The notes under the pieces were generated by a model that made no database searches, was not told the DNA's origin, and worked only from the letters and a program-made list of their open reading frames with translations. A stretch of DNA of 64,000 nt. It comes from the human T2T-CHM13v2.0 reference genome, Homo sapiens. This document shows, one piece after another, positions 1-16,030 of the stretch (the first letter of the stretch is position 1; every line of letters begins with the position of its first letter). The stretch lies in the NCBI RefSeq assembly GCF_009914755.1, contig NC_060944.1. One strand, 5' to 3'. The position numbers and the translations under genes are program-made.

Positions 1-22
1 TATTATGAATGCATATATTTAA

Positions 23-334
<312 letters not shown>

Positions 335-364
335 CACTTGTTACATTTCAACCTTTTGCAGTTA

Positions 365-368
<4 letters not shown>

Positions 369-395
<27 letters not shown>

Positions 396-536
396 GAGAC
401 AAGGTCTCTATCACACAGGCTGTAGTGCAGTGGCACAATCAGGGCTCTCGGCAGCCTTAAACTCCCAGGCTCAATCCTCCTGCCTCAGCCTCCTGAGAAG
501 CTGGGATTATAAGTGCATGCCACCATGCTTGGCTAG
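369..536 (-). mobile_element. Old Alu right-arm fragment (AluJ/FRAM-like) with long poly-T
   Basis: T-run followed by GAGACAAGGTCTC...CCTCAGCCTCC...CCACCATG. Confidence 0.85.
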
Positions 537-1681
537 TTATCTTTAATAGTGCTCAGATTGTCCTATCTATGGCCTAAAGGAGCCTCTTCAAGTTTCACAA
601 GCCATCTTTTATTAATAATACATAGAAAAAGGGTAACTGTAAAAGCCCAGAAGTCTCAAGGATATTGAGGCAGCAGACACTTTGGTTGTCTTATTTTTCT
701 GTAAACTGAAATTCTGGCTATTTTTTACCAGCATCTCCCTTCAACTCTCTTCTTTCAAAATTAGATCACTTGGACTTCATTCAAACATCTTATCAATTCA
801 AAGGAAATCTATGACTCAGTTTTCTTTATGTGTATTTATTAAGTGCCTACCATGCTCCCAGGCTGTGCTGGGCAATGCTCCCTTCTCTGGGGATTTCGAC
901 TTTCATTTACTGATGTTGTGTTGTTTGTGCAGGCAGTCACAGCAGTGACATTCTCCACATGTAGATCGGAACATCCAAATGAGAGCTGATACATCAGATT
1001 AAATTGGGTGAGGCATCAACAGTAAAAGCCATGGGAAAGGTAATCAGTCTTCAATAGTTTGGGTAAAGCTTTCTTCCTGAAATGGCTTGCTGTGATTGAT
1101 TTATAACGGAACTTCATTCTTGCTGGGAGTTTCCAAGCATGGGTAATTGGGTTCATGGCCCATGACCAGAGTGGACAAATGGAGATGCCACTGTTGATGG
1201 CATTGCTGGCCATGGTATAACTGTGATTTAAGTGGTAACAGCTGAGTAGAATTTCTTCTCCTTAACTACCCTAGCTTTTTATAAATGTGGCCACCTGAGC
1301 TGCATTCTGAGCTCTCAAGATGAGTCACGTTTTGGAGTTCCAGAAAGCTTTTCTCCAAACTCTTCTTGGATTTTCAGGAAGTATATCTGTCTGCCGTGGT
1401 ACCCACTTTCTCCTATGATCAGAGGCCATGATGTCTTTCTGAGGCAGATTAGAAGAATCAATTCAAAGCTGTTGGAGCACATGAGGTCTTTAGTGAAGAC
1501 AATGACTTCCTACCCTAATTTTCTTTTATTTCTGTGACCTGTTCAGTGTCCACCACAATGGCCCTGAGTGGAGATGAGAGACTGTTTGAAACATTCTCTC
1601 TCATCATTGATATAGAAAGTATAGAGTCAGACTAGTTTGAATATTGGCTCTAGCACTTGTTAATTGCATAAACTGGGACAT

Positions 1682-2465
<784 letters not shown>

Positions 2466-3512
2466 CTAAACCTTGGTTTCCTTGTGTGAAAAATGGAGAT
2501 AACGGGAGCTACTTCTTGGGGTTTTTAGGAAGATTCAAAAGCTAATGTGAAGGGAAGAGGCCTAGCATGTAGCACTCAAAGTAGGCACTTCACATGTATT
2601 TATTTCTTTCATTTTTCCATGTGAATACTTCATTGTTATAATAGCAAATAATAATACAAACAGGCTCTGTTTTACAGGATTGGGTGGCAGGAGGAAGTGA
2701 GGAGGGAGCAGTGGGTGGACACTGGGTGAAGCATTGTGGATGAATAGTAGTAAAAGCATCAGGCACAGTATTGTATACTCATCCATGGGGACTCTTCCAT
2801 GTATTCATACACAAAGAGAAGATTTCTGCAGTTTCTTCCCAAAGTTTTCCCAATGGCACCCCTTTAGTATAATATTCAACGTGTTTCAAAAGTGAAATTG
2901 CTGCCTGGGTTTTTAAAATAGAATCTTTGCTTTGTGATTAGGCAGCAGAACATGGGTAATTTGTACCAACATATCTCCTTTCATTCTTCAAAAATGAAGT
3001 ACCTTCTGTCATTAACTCACCACATCCTGTGCTTCCTTTCAGGAAGGAAAAACCTTCCATCAATGTATGAGATGGCTCGCGCTCTCCTTGCTTCCTCCAT
3101 TTCACAGTTGGAGAGACCACGACCAGAGGTACATTTTGGAAAGAAGTGTATGAACCTCTTTCTGGAATATCCAGGTTCCGGTTACAACAACTCTAGTCCT
3201 CATGAAATTGTACTATTCAGGGCCTCCCAGAAGAAAATGAGAATGTTGTACTGTATTCTAAAATTGGGTGGTGATAAATGAATTACACATGGCTTTGAAT
3301 CTCCTTTTGGCAAGGAAGTGAGGCAGAGCAGCTTGATTGCATTCGTTGGGAGGTGGGGCTGTGCTATATCCTTTTTGTTCTGTTCTGTTTTTATTACATG
3401 TACATGTGGGTCTGTATGGGTGTGTGTGTCTGATGAATGGCCACAGCTAGAGAATAACTAGGATTAGAGACCTAGCTAATTATGTCTTTTTTTGTTCTTA
3501 CCTCAAGATTAA

Positions 3513-3923
3513 TGTATGAGTAAGGATTGGCTAGCCTATGCCAAAATAACTGATAGCCCCTAAATTTCTATAGCTTCCACCAACAAAAGTTAATTCTTGC
3601 TCCTTCTACATGTCCATCAAGGGTCAGTTGGGAACTAAACTGTGCTTCTGTGTAGTTCTCCCTGCAGAACTCAGGCTGACCAACAGCCTGTATCTGGGAT
3701 GCTTCCAGTAATGACAGAAGAATGAAGCTTTGGAGGGATTCCCAGCAATGATTAAGTGCTCAACATGCAGGTGATATACATCACTTGTGCTCAGAGCTCA
3801 TTGTCCAGAATTGGCCATGTGTTCCCAATCAACCAGAAGAGCTTTAAGAAGTGCAATGTTAACAGGTGCCCAGGAGAGAAAGAGAATTAGCATATGTGGT
3901 GAGCACCAGTAATGACCACCACA
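3513..3923. mobile_element. Ancient MaLR (MLT1-type) LTR
   Basis: TG...ACCACA ends and MLT1-like motifs; degenerate. Confidence 0.5.
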
Positions 3924-4049
3924 ATTTGAGTTAAGGTTAGACAGCTTAGAGTCCTAATGACTTTTCTGCTTTTATCTAGAAATACTCCCACTTCAAAGAC
4001 ATATTGTCACCATATTCAAGATATAAAATGTCAATCACTTATATCTAGA

Positions 4050-4250
4050 CCAGCACTGCCCAGTGAAACTTTCTGTGGTAATGGAAATATTCTTTGCATT
4101 GTCCACCGCAGAACCTACTAGCCACATATAGTCATTGAGCTCTTGAATGACTATATTTAGGTTAGGGTAAGTGAGAAACTAACTTTTAAAATTTTTATTC
4201 AACTTCAATTAATTTAGATTTAAATAGTCATTATTGGCCAATACAGTTCT
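4050..4250. mobile_element. MER3-like hAT-Charlie DNA transposon
   Basis: CAGCACTGCCCAGTGAAACTTTCTGTGGTAATGGAAATATTCT start; tctaga at both flanks. Confidence 0.7.
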
Positions 4251-4319
4251 AGATCACTGAAGTCACATTGTGGATTTATTTTTTGTCCATCAGCAATAAT
4301 AACAATGTCACCTATGCCC

Positions 4320-4560
4320 TTATATTTGTACTGCATTCTGTAGTTTTCAAAATGCTTTTCTATATACTTCTCATCTCATTTGATTCTCCCAACATCCCTA
4401 GAGGGTATACAAGGCAGTTGATACTGTAATGCCCATTTTATAGATATAAAAGCAAAGATGCAAAGACATTAAGTGATTTGCTCATGACTGTGGGACAATT
4501 AGTGGTGTGGGGCTAGAAACTAAAAGTCTAGGCTAGTTACGCCCTGTTTGACATTATACA
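4320..4560. mobile_element. MIR
   Basis: CCCATTTTATAGAT...AAGTGATTTGCTCA MIR core. Confidence 0.65.
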
Positions 4561-4872
4561 CCCTGCTCAGCACCATGCTTGTCTCACAATAAATATTTGA
4601 CTCAACACTTGAAAAATCCCACAAACATTAACACAAACTTACATTTCTTTCCTTTGAAGCACTTATTTCCATAAGCACTTGCATAGCACTTATTTTTAAT
4701 ATTACTCCATGTTAAACATGGACTAGGCTTACATGAATCATACCCTTTCTTGAATATAAACTGTCAGTATCTGACAGTTTAATATATGAATTTCCTTTTC
4801 TCCAATTAAATTTCCCCAGCGCTCCATAAATTCTGGAAATTTTCCTCTTTGGTAACTTCTTCAGTGTCCAGT

Positions 4873-4982
4873 AGGGTCACCAACTGTCCCAGTTTGCCTA
4901 AGACTGAGGAATTTCATGGGATACAGATGTTCAATACCAATGCCAGGACAGTTCCAGGCAAACTGGGACAGTTGGTCACCCA
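4873..4982. mobile_element. MER94/MER81-like hAT MITE with long TIRs
   Basis: AGGGTCACCAACTGTCCCAGTTTGCCT ... AGGCAAACTGGGACAGTTGGTCACCC inverted termini. Confidence 0.8.
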
Positions 4983-7900
4983 GGTGCCCAGCACAAAGCT
5001 GTATTCCTGGTTTGAATTGAATGGAATATTAAAGTTGCGAAGATGTGTTTCAATCACAGCCCTTAACATAGTCACTTGAGAATTGCAGGTACTCCATAAA
5101 TAATTTTATGACAAAAATGAAGGGTAACAAATTCTGGATATACTTTCTTATGTTCAAATAGCAAACTAAGCAAGTGAATTTTTTTAAGGAACCGTGTGAT
5201 GTCAGCACATCTCTTTTCTTATATTTCCATGTCTAGTTTGAATGATATTTCTGTTAAGAGTAAAGAAAAATTATGTATTGCTGATCTTGGATAGAGTAGG
5301 CCTTAATAGCAGGAGTTCACAGATGCATGGCTGTGCACGCACATCCAAATACACTGTCAAATTATGGACTTCTCAAAAGCTTCCACTGACTTAAGATAGC
5401 TATTCTAAAGTTCAAATGCCTATTTTTAAACTTTCTGATGCTCTCTTTCATTCCTTGAAATAACCACAACCTTCTGTGTCTCTGGGGAACATGGCCAAGC
5501 TCTTGCTGTGTGGATTTTCCAAGCCTCCGCTCTTACAAGCAGGGCCAGGGCTTTGATTTTGATCTGTGGCTTTGGGGCGGAGGACTCACTCCCTATTGTG
5601 TCTTGAGCCTTTGAATGCTTCAGTCACTACAGCATATTGATTTTCTCAACTTCTTCAAATGAGAAAGTGCCTTTGGAATAGCAATAAGGTAGCTCTTTAC
5701 ACACCTCCTGAATAACAATCTCCTTCTGTATCTGTGTGTAGAATAGCCATGCCTCCTTGACTGTTTGTCATTACAACAGGCAGCTTTGCTGTAGTTCACA
5801 TCACTGTCACCTGGCAAACTTCATGATGCCCTCAGGTTGCCCACACTTTACCCAATAGATATGTTTTTGAAAAGCTGAGGGTTAAACTAATTTATGCAAA
5901 TCAAATGCTTCTGGTCATATATCTGCGTGGATGTTGTAAAAGAGAACTCATGCAAGGTGGAGAGGGATCCATCCAAGTGATTCACCCCTCTCCCCAGCGG
6001 CTGAGATCCTGTGACTCTAGGTTCATTTAATTCTATATTTTATTGATAATTTTAGATATTTTTCATTTTCACTCCTGAGTGATCTTCAATTAGCAATCGT
6101 TCCTATAATTTTATTTTTAGTTTAGATTTATTCCTAGGGTTTAGATTTATTTCTAGGGCAATGCCTAGAAGAGGGCCACAGTTCGCAAGGGTGTCATTCA
6201 CACATACGGATGGAAATACCTTGAGTGTATTGCCTGCCATGAAGTTGGTAGAAGCAGAAGCATCTTCCTTGAGTCTTCTTGACCCATTCTTACTGTCTAT
6301 GAACATAAATATAGATTTGGATAAGGGAATGAGAAGAAAATCAGGGCACCTTTGGCCCAGGCCATGCACAAGGTACAGTCATAGTGGAATTTGCAAGCAA
6401 AATGGGTCCAAGGAGTTGAACCGAGAATAAAATCAAGACCAATTAAAGAGACCACAGGTTTTCAGTTTGGCATTTAAGCATTTGTAATCATCATGCCAAC
6501 CTTCCTTTGAGATCAGTGGATGTCCAGGGTATACCCCAAACTAAATGAGCCAGAATCACTGGGGTGGGACCCAGATATCAGTATTTTAAAAAATTACCCA
6601 GGTGTGCAGGCAAGTCTGAGAATCACTTCTGAGTAAAAGATGGTAAAATAGTCTCAGTTTCTGGAGAAAAGGCCAGCGTACTCTGTGGTACAGTGGAAAG
6701 ACTATTGGAAAGACTGTAGAGATAGCTGCCAGTAATGGGATTTTCTTTTGGGTTTGGTGCTTTATTTCTACTCCTCACAACAATGGCATGAGATAGATAT
6801 TCACATTAGGTCCAATTTATGTACCTTTTCACATTTCCTCAGTTTCAAATTTCTCTCCCTGGAGAATCATGCTGCCATAACCATTAACTTATCTTTTGTT
6901 AATCCACGAATGTGTTCTTGCCAACTCATCAAGGTTGCCCTACCCTGGGCGTGTGAAGATAGTGTGTTCCACACCATGGACTTGGGATTGTGACCTTAAC
7001 TCTTTGCTGCTGCTGTGCATCCTCTGTGATTGAATGACTGGCTGTGTCCTTTTGTGGTCTGCTCATTAATTCACCCCCTTGTATTTGCTCTCCTTCTATG
7101 CCTCTCTCACTTTTTTTTCCTCCTCACTCTTACGGCCCTGGGATTGGAACCCACAGTAAAATGTTAAAAGGAATATTTGTCACATGTTTGATTTTTGAAA
7201 GGGCCCAAGCTAAGACAGTATTATTATCCAATAAATACTCATCTGTCAATTTCCAAAGTGCATATCCTTTTTATTATTTTCCTTCTTTGCTTTTTATTAT
7301 TTTCCTTCTTTGCTGCCTTCTAGGAAAGAGAACTGGATCCTGACTTCTGCTTTGCCACTAACTTGTAATATAATCTTATGCAAGTCATTTTTCTTCCCTA
7401 AACCTCAGTTTTCTCATCTATAAAATGAGAAGGTTAGACTCTCAGATAGTCTGAAATTTTTGGATTCTATGATTCTATGGACACTTTGAACAGTTGAATG
7501 AAGCCTATGGATCTTTTTTCACAATTATGTTTTAAAATGCACTGAAATACACTTGTTAAGATATTATATAGGTAAGTGTATATCATAAAATGTTTTCTAT
7601 TTCAAGCTAGACAACACCTAGCATAAAATATTTTTGGTATGGTAATATATGTACTTCTTTACTCATATATTAAATAGCCACTTATTTAATAACTATGATA
7701 ATGTTCTGTAGTGATGAGAATAAATGATATTTCAAGATGACGATAAGAAAGCAGCCCTGAAAGCAGCTAGGCTGTAATGATCCAGTTGAAATAAACAAGA
7801 CTCACAAAATATAAATGATGATCAGATAAGTTCACTGTGTGACCATAATTACAGAAGATAAAGACAAGGATACTTTCTAGAGCCACAAAACACCTTCCTC

Positions 7901-8765
7901 TTACAATGGACGCAAGTGACTGCTGCTTCTTGATCAGTTACAGCCCTCACCTTGCTTTAATAAAAATTACCTAGATACCCAATCACTGAATTATTTCTCT
8001 TTACAGTACCCAGTTCAAAACCTGTCCCTGTCCCACTCCTTAAGACCTCCTAGAAGCACTCACAAGAAGCACAGTCCCACAAGAATCCTTCTCTAACTCC
8101 TGCTTGTCCTGACATCCCACGGCTCCCCTGGCTTGGTCTGCCCTTCAGTGCAGCCATCTAAATACAACTAAACATTTGGACCATGGTTGTGTTCCTGGTG
8201 GGCTTTAATTTCTGCAACAACCATAATGTGATGTGAGAATACCTGATTGATTTCTACCAAGGACAATATAATTGTGGAGGCGAGATTAAAATCTAAGCAC
8301 TCCAGCTTTAGAGATTGAACTCTTAATCCTCTGTGCTCCCCAGCCTCTAGGCATACAAAACTTTAAAAATACACAAAACATAAATAATCACAACCAGTGA
8401 TGAACTATTCCATACACAACATCCGTAAAGGCATGCTTGAGTTAGGGGAGAGATCTTAATTGGGACCAAAATAACAACCACAAAAACCAGTCATGGTAGA
8501 AAAGGAAATAATGCAGCTATATCAATAACAACAATAACATTTTCCATTTGTATAGTCCTTTCTACATTACTGAACCCTCTGTATATGAGTCTCAGCATAG
8601 TGAGGGCAGACCCTCCATCCAGGTTTTCTGGGGCATAGCCTAAGTCATTCTTTTACCTACAGGATCTAACGTAATAATTCCCATAGAGAGAAGACGGCTT
8701 CTTCTCAGCTCATTGTTGAAGCTTCACTATTTAGATTTATATTCAGCCAATATTTACTAAGTGCT

Positions 8766-9067
8766 ATTATGGACTAAATTGTGTACCCCTCCCCTGGCAA
8801 CAAATTCATATGTTGAAGCCCCAACTCCTGATATGTATTTGGAGGAAGAGACACCAAGGATGCACACATAGAGAAAAGGCCATGTGAGGATACAGCAAGA
8901 AGGTGGCCATCTGCAAGCCAAGGAGAGAGACCTTAGGTGCAATCGATCTGCCAGCATCTTGATCTTGGACTTCCAGATCCAAGCATTTCTCAGAACTATC
9001 AAAAATACATTTCCGTTAAGTCATCCAGTCTGGTAGTTTGTTATGGCAGCACGAGCAAACTAATACA
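8766..9067 (+). mobile_element. MLT1A-like MaLR LTR
   Basis: TATGGACTAAATTGTG...AAATTCATATGTTGAAGCC...GCAAACTAATACA. Confidence 0.75.
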
Positions 9068-9169
9068 AATGACTAATGAAAGTGCTAATAATTTTACAAG
9101 TTACTTCTTTGAACTATTGAAACTGACCCCGTTTTCTCATAGACAGTTTTTGTTGTTGCTGTTGTTGTT

Positions 9170-9532
9170 GTTGTTTTTGGATAAGCATAGAAATTGATCC
9201 TCCTCGTCTTAAACCTGAAACTTACAATTACTTGTCTTGTCTGAGCTTCTTCCTCTGGAAACCAACCCTCATGCCTCCCAGATGGTATCAAGGAACTGAA
9301 ACTCCTTTTCCTTAATTCCTGTTTTCCCAGACATTTCTGCATTCCTTCTCTGCTACATAAATCCCCAGTTTTAGTCAGTTAGGGAGATGGATTTGAGAGT
9401 TATCTCCCATCTCCTCAGCTGCAGCACAGGAATAAAAAGCCTTCCTCCCTGACAATACTCGTGATCTCAGAGACTGGCTTTCTGTGTGGCAAGCAAGCAG
9501 ACCTAGACCGAACCCCTGGCATTTTGGTAACA
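9170..9532 (+). mobile_element. ERV1 LTR fragment (MER39/MER34-like)
   Basis: AATAAA and TGGTAACA 3' end typical of these LTRs; family by recall. Confidence 0.5.
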
Positions 9533-9604
9533 CCACTGCAACCAGAGTATAGTCAAACCAGTTTCTACTGGCTTGTGAGAGCCACTTTTTAAATTTAAAA
9601 AAAA

Positions 9605-9733
9605 TTTTTAAAAATAGAGACAGGGTCTCACTGTGTTGCCCAGGCTGTCCTTAAACTCCTGGGTTCAAGCGATTCTTCTTCCTCAGCTTCCCAAAATGCT
9701 AGGATTATAGGCATGAGCTACCACACTCAGCCT
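9605..9733 (-). mobile_element. Alu monomer (FLAM-like)
   Basis: AGAGACAGGGTCTCACTGTGTTGCCCAGGCTG...CCACACTCAGCC. Confidence 0.85.
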
Positions 9734-9829
9734 TTTTTAGGAATCTTGTGAGCTGGTTTTTAAAGCAGCCATTAGGAAAAAAACTACCTAAACTTACAAT
9801 CAAGTAAGTTATATTAAAAACAAAAGTAA

Positions 9830-10123
9830 GGCTGGCACAGTGGCTCACGTCTGTAATCCCAGAACTTTGGGAGGCTGAGGTGGGTGGATCACGAGGTCAG
9901 GAGTTCGAGACCAGCTTGGCCAACATGGTGAAACCCTGCCTCTACTAAAAATAAAAAAATTAGCTGGGCATGGTGGTGCATGCCTATAATCCTAGCTACT
10001 CAGGAGGCTGAGGCAGAAGAATCGCTTAAACCCAGGAGGTAGAGGTTGCAGTGAGCTGAGATTGCACCACTGCACTCCAGTCTGGGGAACAGAGTGAGAT
10101 TCTGTCTCAGAAAAAAAAAAAAA
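9830..10123 (+). mobile_element. Alu (AluS-type) nested in a MER63-like element (~9555-10460)
   Basis: Alu consensus with poly-A; flanks resemble MER63 (GTATTTACACCATGGAAA). Confidence 0.9.
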
Positions 10124-11389
10124 AGTGATAAATACTCAAAACTCACCACTTCCTAATTGTTTTACTACATTTTGTATTTTACATATTTGTATTTTTATCT
10201 ATGTTTATATTTTACTACATTTTACATTTTTTATTCTGCATGTGCTTGAAGTTATTTATGTCTATTGTGTCTGAAATACTACATAGTGATGTGCTACTGT
10301 GCACCTCTTCTCAACTCTGTGTTCAATAATATCGGGTGAGTGGTTTGAAACAGGCCATGGTGGGAGTATTTACACCATGGAAATGGACAAACAGTACAAA
10401 TCAGGTTTTGTTTTGTGTTGTTTTTCCCCAGAGAGCTATTGTTAAACACTTACAGCATGTTCTTGACCCTAACAATCTCACAAGAGAGACGGTGTAATTC
10501 CAGATTTACAAATGAGGAAACTCCAGCCCTAAAACTCAAGACTCGGGCGCAAACTGGGGTCTCTTGGCTCCTGGACTAGGGCCTTTTGCATGATACCACA
10601 CTGCCTCTCCATGCATACATGAGGAAATGCTGTTGCTCTATTTATAGCTCAGCCTGGCTGCCCAGAAGAATCAGATTAAAAGGGGCCTATGCATTTGGTG
10701 AGGGTCTTGCCCTGCCTCTTAAATTTCTCTGCCCAGCACAGGCGTTGTGTCATTCTAATAACCAATAGGATGAAGGCCACTTGCTATAAATTCCAGGGCA
10801 CTGGGAAAAAGCCATGGGAGGAACACTCTTTTATAACCACAATTTGCAGTCTATTATAAAGTACTTTAATTGCTACTCAGTGTACGATTTTTCTGCGTGT
10901 TTTTCCAGCATGGTGAAAATTAATAAGGAGAGGGGTGCCGAGTCCACCCTGCTGGGTTGTGGGAAGCAGAAGCCCTGACCATTCAGAGATGGATTTACAG
11001 AAGCAGGAACTGAAGACAAAGCAGGAGGTCTTCAAAATAACTCTCAGAGAAGCTTCTTTGATGAGCTGAGGCAATTCAGCAACTTCGGCACTGCGCACTC
11101 GTGCTCATAAATCGCCAGTATTTGCAGGCGTTGCAAGATGTCTCCCAATATGCAGTTAAAAAAACATTCTCACTGCAGTAGCACTAAAGATCTACTGCCA
11201 GTTATTTTGCTTCAGTACCTTGCATCTTAAGGGACAATTTGATTTTTGCAGTTGATTATTGGGTGCACACAGGTTTAAAAAGGCTAAATATTGAACTACT
11301 CCAAAAAGAATCTTAGGAAAGTCATTTCCCTATTCGAGAAACCTTTGAAGACTAAAATATGTTCTTTAACCTCTGAAAGTGAGAGAGTC

Positions 11390-11720
11390 TAAAGCTGATG
11401 TGAACCTAGGCTGTGCACGTGAATCTCCTGGAGAGTTTTAGAAAACCTCATGCCTGTATCCACTACCCTATAGATTCTGATTTCAGTGGCCTGGCCTGGG
11501 TATTTGGATTTTTAAAGACTCTCCAGGAGAGTCTCATGCACAGTCAAGTTGGAAATTTTGAAACCTTGATACTCAAAGTATGGTCGATCTGTAGGCCAGC
11601 AGCATCAGCATCCCTGAGTACTTGTTAAAAATACGGAATTTCACCCCAGATTCACGGAATCAATCTGTGTTTTAACAAGATCCCCAGGTGATTCAATGGT
11701 GCAGCCAAGGTTGAGACCAT
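11390..11720. mobile_element. MER5A/MER5B fragments
   Basis: AGATTCTGATTT, CAGCAGCATCAGCATC, TTTAACAAGATCCCCAGGTGATT motifs. Confidence 0.7.
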
Positions 11721-12732
11721 CTAGAACCTAGAAAATAATCTGAGAAGCTGTCCTTATGAAAGACACCACGCCGTCTTCCTTATTTCCATTTAAAGGTGGT
11801 TTTTGCCTCTCCTTCCCCATATCTAGTTAGGTATCAAGTTCTGTTGATTTTCCTTTCAAATCAAATCTCCCTGTGTCTCACAATGTCCAGAATTCCCTAA
11901 TGTCAGGGTATTTGCTGCAGCAGCCTCCAGGCCCCCAACCCCTTCCATCTCCCTTGCAGGTTACTGATAGAATAAGTCCTTTAATTTCCTCTGCTCAATG
12001 ACATTCCTGGCCCCGGTTTCCTACACATCTCAAATGTGCATCTCTCTCTGTCTGACTCCAAGGCCGTCCCTCACCTGGCTCCTGGTGACCTGTCGAACCT
12101 GATTTCCCACTGCTTTCCTAATGGTTCTCTCTGGCTTCAGCCTGTCTTTTCACCCAGACACAAGGTGCCAGCCCAGACTTCTCTCTCTTGGCTCCTGGAA
12201 AGCCATGTGCTTTCAGTCTTCCATTTGCCTCTCCAAACCTCATTCATCCTCCCAGGCTGCTTTCTTTTGCTTTGATGCCTCCAGTAATTATAATCTGAAC
12301 GATTAATTATTAGCTTCACATCATATTGGTCATCAATTTTCATGCACATAGAACCAAGCTGAGCATGAAGGGCTAAAACAGAATGAAATGTAGCGTGGAG
12401 ATGAACCCAGGCACTCCCTGTTCAAGATAGGCCTGGCCTCTTCAAGAAGGCACCCTGGTTGTGACCACATCTTTCTGCACTTAGGGCAGGCCTAGTGGTT
12501 TTGCCTCTTCCATTGGACTCTTGGCCTTCAGGTTGGTCTTGTAGCCTCTCTGGATTAAGTGTTATCATCACATCCAGCAGTTGGGTCCTGGTGCTACCTG
12601 TGGGTAGACCATCATGCCACATGGTGGCAGTGCAGATGGATAAGAGAGGCAGGAAGAATATGTAATAATAGCAATAGTTTAGGGGTTTCTACGTGCCAAG
12701 CACAATTCTGAGTGTTTCATATGTGATTCTTT

Positions 12733-13052
<320 letters not shown>

Positions 13053-13069
13053 TGATTCTTTTATTTTAA

Positions 13070-14179
<1,110 letters not shown>

Positions 14180-14819
14180 TAATCTTCAGTTTTAAAATGT
14201 TATCTCTCATCCTGACAAGCTGTACGCAATAGGACTATTACTGGTCCCATTATGCAGACGAGGACATTGAGGTTGCTCAAGGCCACCAGAGGAGTGATGG
14301 GTAAAGCTATGAAAGACATATGCTATGTCTGAGAGACAAAGCATATTTAGAAAAAAGTCAAACTATTTCATCTATATTGGAGAATGTCTGCATTTGGGGA
14401 CACGAGAAGAAGGAAGACAGTGTCAGAGACTAAGAAGAAATGGACAATAGGCTATGAGGACCAGGACAGGGTGGCATTGTGAACAGTAGATTGTGTAGTC
14501 CTTAAAGTTCACCATTTATAGTTTATTTACTTTGGTCCTTAGCTAGAGTGGGTTAAGTTAACCACATTCTCAGGTCACGGAATGTATGTTTGTATGAGGC
14601 CCTCTTGTTTTATGACTTTATTCTCTTTTACTTCTGCCTCCACTTCTACCTCCACTTCAATCTATCTTCCCTTAATTGCTATAATTATCTCTGAAAATAG
14701 CCAAAACATTGAGAGGTTAATCTGGTAAGTGAACTGGGTGGCTGGTCAAAACAATGACATTCATTCCAATACTGGATAAATTACCTCTTTCAGTGATGGT
14801 TAGTTGAAATCCGAAATCC

Positions 14820-15260
14820 TTCTTCCACTCATATAACACATATTTATAGAGCATCCCCTCCATGCCAGAAATCCTTCTAGGCACTCAAGATTTGGCAGGC
14901 AGCAAGGTAGACACGATGCTTGTTCCCATGGACCTATGTTGTTTTGGAGCTATGTGATGAAATTATAAATGGATATATCAACAGAAGAAATTCAGAAGAA
15001 AATTAAAACAGGTAGAAAACAAAGCAGGAGGTTGTGACTGGGTTGGGGTGCACGTAACTTTAGACAGCATGGTCAGAGAAAGGCTCTCGGAGGTGGTGAC
15101 ATTTGAACTGAGACCCAAATGGCAAGAAAGAACCATCATGGTTCTTTCAAGCCCCCCAAAAAAATAGGTTTGAAGCAGAAATATTAGCAAGTTCAGATGT
15201 CTTGAGATGACAGAAGAGGCCCACTCAAGGAACAGAAAGGTTAGTCTCACTGGAACAGGC
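14820..15260 (-). mobile_element. L2 fragment
   Basis: GGTCAGAGAAAGGCTCTCGGAGGTGGTGACATTTGAACTGAGACC typical L2. Confidence 0.65.
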
Positions 15261-15379
15261 TAAATAGATGTCAGAAACAGACACTTATAAGGATGACATG
15301 TTTACTGCACCATTGTTTACATGTTAAGTGATGAGGAATGGGCAGTTGGTTTTATCATTTCAACTCAGAATGAAGACTA

Positions 15380-15690
<311 letters not shown>

Positions 15691-16030
15691 CAAAGAGAAA
15701 TGATTATGTTTGACAATGAAGGTCTTTAAAGTTTTATTTCTGAGCAGAATAAAATGGAGAGTAATTTTTCAAGTAGACTTTCCCCCTTCATTCTTTAGAG
15801 AAATTAATGCTGCTCAGTGATGTTGCTATGGTCAAAAAATAAATAGGGAAGTCAGTGTGATATGACTTGGATTGAGATTGACTTGCTTTCTATACAGACT
15901 ATGCAAGTAGTTGAGCACACAGTCAATAGACTGACCTCCTCATATAAGTGTGTGTTGTCTCTTGAGGCCTGCTTTGTGGCTAATTTCGTATGATTTGGCT
16001 ATTATACTTCTTGAATTCAAAAAACAGGAT

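Noticed and set aside
4873-4982. Long hairpin suggestive of a pre-miRNA
   Set aside because: Explained by the terminal inverted repeats of a hAT MITE.
5082-5096. ATTGCAGGTACTCCA resembling U2 snRNA stem-loop IV (ATTGCAGTACCTCCA)
   Set aside because: Only ~15 nt with indels, no flanking stem or other U2 sequence, and 36 kb from SNRPB2; consistent with chance.
6120-6170. 19-nt tandem duplication GTTTAGATTTATTYCTAGG with adjacent small hairpin
   Set aside because: Ordinary slippage duplication in AT-rich DNA with no functional context.
12615-12630. TGCCACATGGTGGCAG, a CTCF-like short inverted repeat
   Set aside because: Two mismatches in the CTCF core and only a 6-bp stem; not supportable without ChIP.
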